The translations under genes were made by a program, and so were the position numbers. Under the pieces are notes generated by a model. It was given only the letters and a program-made list of their open reading frames with translations. It made no database searches and was not told where the DNA came from. A stretch of DNA of 64,000 nucleotides, taken from the NCBI RefSeq assembly GCF_032062105.1, contig NW_026918132.1:1-64000 (forward strand), written 5' to 3'. Below are positions 53,649-62,600 of the stretch, one piece after another. The stretch is from Saccostrea cucullata (lineage: Eukaryota). How positions within the stretch are numbered: the stretch's first letter is position 1; every line of letters starts with the position of its first letter.

Positions 53649-56600
53649 CACCAATTCATTTTCTTCACAACCATTGCACATTTGGAAATGAAATTTGGTA
53701 TACAGATTTATCAGATGAAAACCTAGGTCAAATTATGTTTTGGGTACAACCTCACCATTTCAACAGATTTATGCCCCTTGGGCTTTGAAAAATTTCAATT
53801 TAGAGGGATAAGGGTTTGTAAATATTTGAAATATTTTTACAAACATCTCTTATATAAGAAAGACATGCAGTCTGGTAATTCTCTCTCTCTTTGACAAAAT
53901 ATTGCTGTATAGTCTCTAAGATCTTGATAAAAATTGGATATTGTAAATTTGTGTTATAATTACACAGACATTCTGAGGACCTGATCAAGAGACTAGAACA
54001 AGCTGGACTGGGGTACCACGTGGATGCTGACAAAACCACAGACAGAATGGGTACTTTTACTTTCATCAAAGACGTGCTTCATCTCTGGTTAATTTATATT
54101 CTCATTCTTCAGAAAATTACTTACATGTTTGGATATATAAGTTCTGAAATGTATTTTAGGTCCGAGTTCCAATGAGGAGAAATGTCTATCAAAAGCCCCT
54201 CCCCAGAGTATGCTTCCCCAGAAAATGACTTTGGACAACTGGACACTAATGTGGAGGAAATGTACATCAAACAGATGGTCCTCAGATACGTAAGTCACAG
54301 AAATGTACATCAAAGACATTGATTGACTATGTATGTCACAGAAATGTACATCAAACAGATGGTCCTTAGATATGTAAGTTACAGAAATGTACATCAAACA
54401 GATGGTCCTCAGATATGTAAGTCACAGAAATGTACATCAAATAGATGGTCCTCATATACATAAGTCACAGAAAATGTACATCAAACAGATGGTCCTAAGA
54501 TACGTTAGTCACAGAAAATGTACATCAAATAGATGGTCCTCAGATATGTAAGTCACAGAAATGAACATCGAACAGATGGTCCGCAGATATGTAAGTCACA
54601 GAAATGTACATCAAACAGATGGTTGTCAGATACATAAGTCACGGAAATGTACATCAAACAGATGGTCCTCAGATACGTAAGTCACAGAAAATGTACATCA
54701 AACAGATGGTCCTCAGATATATATGTCACAGAAATGTACATCAAACAGATGGTCCTCAGATACGTAAGTCACAGAAAATGTACATCAAACAGATGGTCCT
54801 CAGATATGTATGTCACAGAAAATGTACATCAAACAGATGGTCCTCAGATATGTAAGTCACAGAAAATGTACATCAAACAGATGGTCCTCAGATATATAAG
54901 TCACAGAAATGTACATCAAACAGATGGTCCTCAGATATGTATGTCACAGAAAATGTACATCAAACAGATGGTCCTCAGATATGTATGTCACAGAAAATGT
55001 ATTCAGAATAAATTTAAGGAAGGTAGAACTCAGATATATATTACACAATTCATCTATTGGAATATTTCTTCATTGACTTTCTTATGTTTTTGATATTTTT
55101 CTTACTTTTTTTAGATTGGAGGAGGAAAACTTCCAAATGAACCAAATTTAGACACAACAGTCAGTCATATTCTTACATCAGCTCAGGAATTCATGAGGAG
55201 ACAACAGGCAAGAAAGATTTATATAAATTAATCTGGGTTTATGATTAAATGTGATTGAAGATAAAAAAGTTTTTAAAAAATGTACAAATCAACACTGAGA
55301 TAAAAGGAATTTTTTATGTGGAGAATTCTTATTTACAAATTGGAATATGTTTCAGGAATTTTTTAAGCATAATTGTCAAACTTACTCTCTTTATAGTTTA
55401 CAGTGATTGTTTTTATTTCTACAGGATGAGTGTAGCTTAGTGAGCCTGAGAGATGTGGTGAGAGTCTTTACTGTAAACTTGTTTATTTTTACAGGATGAA
55501 TGTAGCTTTGTGAGCCTGAGAGATGTGGAGAGAGTCCTGGAGGTGATGAGCTGGTTCTACAGACAAAGTCAGGGGGAGACAAACCTGTTTGATCTGATGG
55601 AGGAGGAGGAGGTCTTTTCTCTAGAAGAAGAGTAGAGTCTTTTCTCTAGGACGAGTGTAGATTTGTCTTTTTATAGAAGTAGTTTTGGAGTGACTGAGTG
55701 TAGTTTTGGCTGTGCCTCAGGTCAGTGTGATTTGTCTTTTCAGGTCAGTGTGCCTTAGCCTCACGTCACTGTGTCTCAGCCTCAGTTCAGTGTGTATCAG
55801 CCTCAGGTCAGTGTGTCTCAGCCTCAGGTCAGTGTGCCTCAGCCTCAGGTCAGTGTGTCTCAGCCTCAGGTCAGTGTGCCTATTGTGTAGGATGAGTGTA
55901 GTTTTGTCATTCTGTAGGTCAGTGTGCCTCAGGAGAGTGTAGTTTAATTAATCCTGTAGGAGAGAGTTTATGTATATCTAGGTCAGTAGTTTTGTCTATT
56001 TTATAGGTGAGTGTGTTTTGCCTCACGTGACTGTGTCTATTTTCAGCCTCAGTTCAGTGTGTATCAGCCTCAGGTCAGTGTGTCTCAGCCTAAGATCAGT
56101 GTGCCTCAGCCTCAGGTCAGGGAGGGGCGGATATTTTCTTAAGTTTTATAATTTTAAGGAAGTAGGTAGAAAAAATCTCAAAGTAGACTACTACATGTGA
56201 TTTCCTCCATTTTTCATGTATTTTGTAAAACAGACATTTTCCAGGATACGTTTTTTATAAAACTTCACTTGTTTCCTAAGTCAATGAACATTGATATTTC
56301 ATGGATCTGCTCAAAATCAAAATCCTCGAGAAATTAGTTTTATACAAATAAATTGAGATGAAAATCAGTACTTTTTGCCCAAACAGCATGCTGTAAAAAT
56401 GACCAATGAAATCATTGCAGGCTGTCAGTAATTTGACAAAGTCACTCGTTCTGGCTCTTGGAGTGTGCTACCATGCATGTCTGAAAAACCGAGAGAAGTT
56501 CAGAAGAGAAATGGTTGATGAGTTTAGACCTCCATGTATCCTTCCTATAGGTGGTGGGCAAAGAGGGGCTGAACAGATGTTGGACATTATCACCAGGTAC

Positions 56601-59600
56601 TTAAAGTGTGAATTTGATGACATCCTATAATTTTGTTGTGGCAGTAAACAGCCAGCTAATAATTTTATGAATTCAAAAATGTACATGTATACTGTCTTCA
56701 AGTTGTTAGACATTTGTTTTTGCCAAACATTATTGATAAACAAATAGTGTGTATGTTTTTATTGCCAGTTTATTGTAAATTTATAAATGATGATTGAATA
56801 TTCCAGATGCCAGAATGTTTTCTTGGAGATTGATAACTTGGGAGCCAACATTGCTAAGAACCAGGCTCTGAGAGAGAATGTGTTTATGATGGTGGTCTGT
56901 ATAGAGCTCAGAATTCCTCTTTTCTTGGTGGGAAAACCTGGCAGTTCTAAGTCCCTGGCTAAAACCATTGTAGGTGATGCCATGCAGGGAAATGCTGCTC
57001 ACACAGAGATTTACAGGAACTACAAACAGGTGACATTTTAATTATAGAAAATCTCCATGAATGAATATAGTAACTAGATACAGTAAAGTCCTGATACATG
57101 TATCTAGAGCTTAATGGAGCGATGAAAAAGAAATGATATACAATGGATTTGAGATTTTGAGGTTTAAAAATACTTAAAGGAAAATTAAAGTGGTAAGGAC
57201 TCCCAATTCTGATGGTATTCCAGATACTTATGTTTGAGATACAGTATAATTACTAAAAGCCTTAGGTTTTTCTCGACTTTAGAGTTTTATTAATCATAAT
57301 ACTGTGAAATCACTAATTTTCGTGGGGGTTAATTTTTGTTGTTTTCAAGGCATGAAAAGATCCATTAATTTGAGACCACCACAAAATGCAATTTTTTACA
57401 CATATAACTACATGTACGTACTGACCAATTCTTCCACCATGAAATCAAGTCCTAGTAACCAATATGTTTTCCTCAAACCATGAAAATTTGATACTCGAAA
57501 GTATGTGATTTTAAAGTAGTTATAGAGATATGTCTCTAGTAGTTATAGAGATTTGTTTAAAGGGTTTTGTCTATATAGGTCCAGATGGTGTCCTTCCAAT
57601 GCAGTCCTTTGTCTGTACCAGAGGGAATTGTGGGTACTTTCCGTCAGTGTGCCATGTACCAGAAAGACAAAGATCTCAACAGATTTGTGTCTGTTGTTGT
57701 TCTGGACGAAGTGGGACTGGCCGAGGATTCTCCCAGAATGCCCCTCAAGGTCAGATTTAAGACAAACATTTCTGATTGTTGACATTGTTTGTGTAGTTAC
57801 ATGTAAAATTCATTTATTCAAATTGAAGTTCATGTTTTAAATGACATAACTACTGAGATGATTTAAAGCGAATTCCAAATGGGAAGACTTAGCAGTATTC
57901 ATGATTATAACTATAAATTCCTAAATATACACGTGAAATTAATTATTTTTGAAATGAGAAATGTTTTTAACTGCACCTTTTTTATTTGAAATGATGAAAA
58001 TTGACCGTCAATTCGCAAATTATTATTCTCAAATTTAAGATTCATGAATGCATCCATTGCGATTGAAGATGGTTGAATCTACAGTATGAAACAACTAACT
58101 GAACATGTAAAAAATTAATGGGAGCAATGTTGTATATGTTACCATCTTTTGATTTAAATCAATGGTTTTTTTTTAAATTTTTGTATCTCTTTGATCATTG
58201 ATCATTGATATGAACATATATCAGGGTGATCTCGTAGGAACATAAAAAAGTAGGTTCATTGTGATGTTTTCATTCATTCACCATATAGATACATCATGAT
58301 CCCTGTTTTAATTTTGAACTGATTGGGTTGTGAAGAAAAAGTGAGTAATTATTAATGGTGTAATTTTGCCCATTGGTATGTCTGTGTAAACAATTGGTTT
58401 ACTTTACATGTACATTTATATGGTCTTCATAATCACTGATTACAATCCACCTGCTCATTCTTAGGTAGCCTTTATAGGGATTTCTAACTGGGCTCTGGAT
58501 CCTGCCAAAAGGAATCGTGGAATCCTTGATATAGAGATTGACATATAAAATCTACAGAGTGCAGAGTAATTCAAACCTTTAGTCACATTCAAGTAATATA
58601 TGAATTGCATTTGCTTAACTCTTTACAACTTACTACATTGTTATGCAACATACACTTTGATCACGTCATAGAAATATGACGTTACCATTTCACCGCAAGC
58701 ATTTTATAGCATGCTACATGTTCCTTTTAAATTTAGCGTAAATTATATTATGACGTAATTTTCAATAAGAAAATAACTTAAGTTTTCTAATTTTATGAAA
58801 TTTAAGCAAATATAAAGGAAGGAATTCGGTAATAGATTGAAGATTAAATGAAATTTGTAAAGTGCGTGAAAATTCGTGATTGCGGGAATCCACAATATTC
58901 GTGATTTTCGGTAGAAATAGGGATTTCTAAACTGGGCTCTGGATCCTGGTTAAATAAATACATTGAAACCTTCTAACAGAGAGAAATTCCCTGACCTGGA
59001 GAACTCATAGAGAGTGCAGAGTAAGTGTAAAATAACATGAAAATTATTAAATGTGGAAAGAATTTTCCCCCGGAATTTGCTGAAATTTCACTGAAACTCA
59101 AATTATTGACTGTGAATCAATTTACGTAATTGTTTAAACACTTAAATCATTTTCTGAAGCCATTGTTGTATAAGGTTGAAAACAAATAGCAGCATTTTCA
59201 AAACTTTCAAAAAAAAGTTTTAAAAAAATAATAAAGAGAGTTATTGTACATTGTATTTATATTATGAATATTGCAGAGGAATATGCTCAAGTAACAGAAG
59301 GATAAGTAAGATGATAAAGCCGCTGATCAAACCCCTGGCAGAGTCCTACCTACAAGTGTTTAAATCTGTCATTACAAAGAGGGAGTTCTTTGGATTAAGG
59401 GATTTCTACAGGTAAAAATGTTATTTATAATGAGTGAAATAGATCATGAAAAAATTCAATACACATCCTTCCTGCTTTGTGTTGTTATGATAACTCTTCA
59501 GAGATGTTAAAGTATGTTGTCAAAAAGATTGAAAAAAATCATGTTATTTAATTCCTTCTGCGATTTGCTGTCATTGAAAAGATGCACTCGATATTTATTC

Positions 59601-62600
59601 TTTTGTTTATATAAGCCATGTGCAAGTTGAGATGAATATATGCTTGTTTTATTTACAGTTTGATAAAGATGGTGTACAGTTTTGCTGAGAAGAACAACAA
59701 GAAGCCCACCTGGTTGATGTTACAACACTGCATCAAGAGAAACTTTGGAGGATTTGAACACTCAGCAGAGCAAGATCCTTTAGCCGTGTTCTCAGAGAAA
59801 CTCAAAACAGTGGAAAAAATTCTAACGGTAACAATAAGAAATATTCATAGCAGCAATATTTTGGTGAAGATTCATACTGATAATACTTGTTTATAATTAT
59901 ATTTACTCTTTAAGAATGATTTTATAAACTCACTGGCTATTGTCACAATTACACATCTAGCTCTATATATCATTAAGAAATATTGAAAAAAAAAATTTGT
60001 AAAAAAAAAATGTGTACTTTTTCAAGCTCGCTAAAAAAAGAGTCAGGTAAGGTATCTGGCAAAATTGTTAATGGATTAATTGGTGTAGAAAATTTTATGC
60101 TGAATGTTAAGATGGAGTCTCTATTCATTAGCCAAGTAAATTTTCATCAAAAGACAGGTATTTTATGTATTATTTTCAACTGATAGGGGGAGGGATGTTA
60201 CACTTCTGAAAATTTGTCAGTGACTGTCATAAGATTTATCCATACTTCTGATATTCCTTCCAGCCTTCCCCAGGAGATCCTGACTGTACACCTGCTGGTC
60301 TCATTGAAGCCTGTCTCCAAGGTGACGGAGTGGACAGGTGGGTACAGAATTATCTTTAGCTTAACAAAGGAAGTTAATTGTAATTTTGTTTATTTCATGC
60401 CATTGGAAAGAAGGAAGGGATTACAATACAATATATAGGTTATATGTTTAATTGACCGCTTCACAAAGTGAATTGCAAAAGGTCAGGTTATTAAAAAACT
60501 TATTAAAATCCCTGTATGATTTTGCTAGTTTTTTTAGTCATAATAATGTACCATTCTTTTTTTGTAAGTGATACACGATACCTGCTACTGCTGACAGAAA
60601 ACTACGGAGCTTTGACCGTTTTACAACAGAAGATTCTGACAATGAAGAACGCTATTACAATATTTGGTAGCAGTTTTCCAAGTGATCAAGAGTACACACA
60701 GGTAACATCAAGATTATACACAGGTAAAAGGATTCGAGCTTCTTGAACAAAATGACATGTATATGATTTGTGAAAGCAATTTTTAACCTTAAATTCAGGT
60801 CTTCAGCGTCAAAATGCAAGGGTTTTGTATATTTGGTAACATCATTTGATAATCGCACATGACTGTTTGTTACAGTACAACTTATATGATTAAAGGTTTT
60901 TAACTTTATGAGATTAACAATGTTTAGATTAAACCTGGTTGAAATATGAGAAAGGATTTTTTTTCCTGTTTTTATTTAGGTTTGCCGAAATATTAATCGT
61001 ATCAAGATCTGCATGGAAACAGGAAAAACTGTGGTTCTTCTGAACTTGGAGAATCTGTATGAGAGTCTCTATGATGCCCTTAATCAGGTATTTCTTTTGG
61101 GTTTGATTTGTCCTGTATGAAAGTAAGAAATTTTTCCCCAATTTATCCGTTTTGTAGTTTTGTCATTAACCCCATTCCCTGCATTCACTCTTTTTAACGC
61201 ATATATACCATTTCCTATTTCTAACGAAAAATCATGCATATACCATTTCCCTGCAATGACGCATTTCCATGCACTTTTAAAAGTTCATTTAATCTTCAAT
61301 TTAGTGCCAATTTCCTTCTTTCTTATGTATTACGTCACAATATTTTTTGTGCTAAACTTAAGAGAAACTTGTACCGTTTGTGCTATAAAGTGCTTGCAGG
61401 GAAAAGGTAACGTCATATTTCTATGACATGAACATGAAGTGTATGATGCGTCGCAGTTCAGTAAGTTGTAAAGAGTTACTGTATAGGGGGAAAATAACTC
61501 GCGATGTTAATATTCGCTATATTCACGGTGTTGATGAATCCGTGAATTCAAGAAACAGTGAATAAGTTTTCAATATATATAGATAAGGGAGGGAACTTTT
61601 CTTACATACCAATTCCGCGAATTCAAGAAACCGCGAAGGGGTCAGAGAAAAGAAAAACGTGAAAATTACAAAAAGAAAAACGTGAAAATTACAACCCGTG
61701 AAATTAATCCCCTGTACAGTAATGGAAATTGAAACAAATTTCATGCATAGTTCTATGGTGTGCCTGATAATTGTAAGATGACATGCAATAATTGTTTTAA
61801 ATCATGCAGCTCTGACTGGGTTTTTTCCTTTTTGTTTTCAGTATTATGTCTACTTTGGAGGTGAAAGATATGTAGATCTTGGATTGGGAACTCATCGTGT
61901 CAAGTGTAGAGTGCACAAGAATTTCAGGTAAATAAACTTTCCTCAGAGTGAATAAAAAGGAAAATTTTCAAAACAGGCAACAGAAGACTTTCATGCTTTA
62001 TAATTGGTTTACAGGTTGATAGTGGTAGCAGAGAAGGAGGTTGTATACAGACAGTTCCCCATTCCTCTGATCAACCGACTGGAGAAACACTTCCTCAACA
62101 TCTCCACCATGTTGTCTCCAGTCCAAGTCAGCCTGGCTCACAAGTTGCAAATTTGGGCAGAGGACTTTGTCAAGACAACTCTACCATACTCAAGAAACCC
62201 AAGGTCAACTTATCTTGCTTGCAGTTTTCTAGCTCACCTATATAAAGGCTCAATTGAGCTTTTTGGATCAAAATTTGTCCGTCAACTGTCGTCATCATTG
62301 TAGACTTTTCACATTTTTAGGTCACCTGAGTAAACTCAGGTGACTTATTGCTCTCCGATTTCGTCCGACATCATTCGTCGTTCGTAAACTTTTGAACATT
62401 TTTAACTTCTTCTCTGCAACTACTGAACCAATTTCAATCAAATTTGGTAAACAGCATCTATGGCTTTCATGACCTTGACCCAAGATCATTTGGGGAACTT
62501 CAAGGTCACTGGAAGAAAAATTTCATAATTGGTGTCCGGTCCATATCTTTCTTATGGATAAACTTGGTAGGTTCTCATTTCACACAAAGATTGCATGACC

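Noticed and set aside
54290-54340. Rescue of the exon-40 frameshift by a downstream repeat donor
   Set aside because: The entry frame meets TAA (acg taa, 54291-54293) at the first donor
54257-55001. Regular 43-bp array as a CRISPR, or as a repeat protein (ORFs 54604 and 54647)
   Set aside because: No unique spacers and no cas genes; it is a head-to-tail copy of an exon end plus donor, and the ORFs are by-products of the repeat
55425-55457. Functional 33-nt micro-exon from the duplicated acceptor
   Set aside because: Would need a 37-nt intron, implausibly short; read-through from this acceptor shifts the frame and stops
55706-55942. SVCLSLR repeat protein ORF
   Set aside because: Translation of a 21-bp tandem repeat in an intronic/scrambled region; no supporting gene structure
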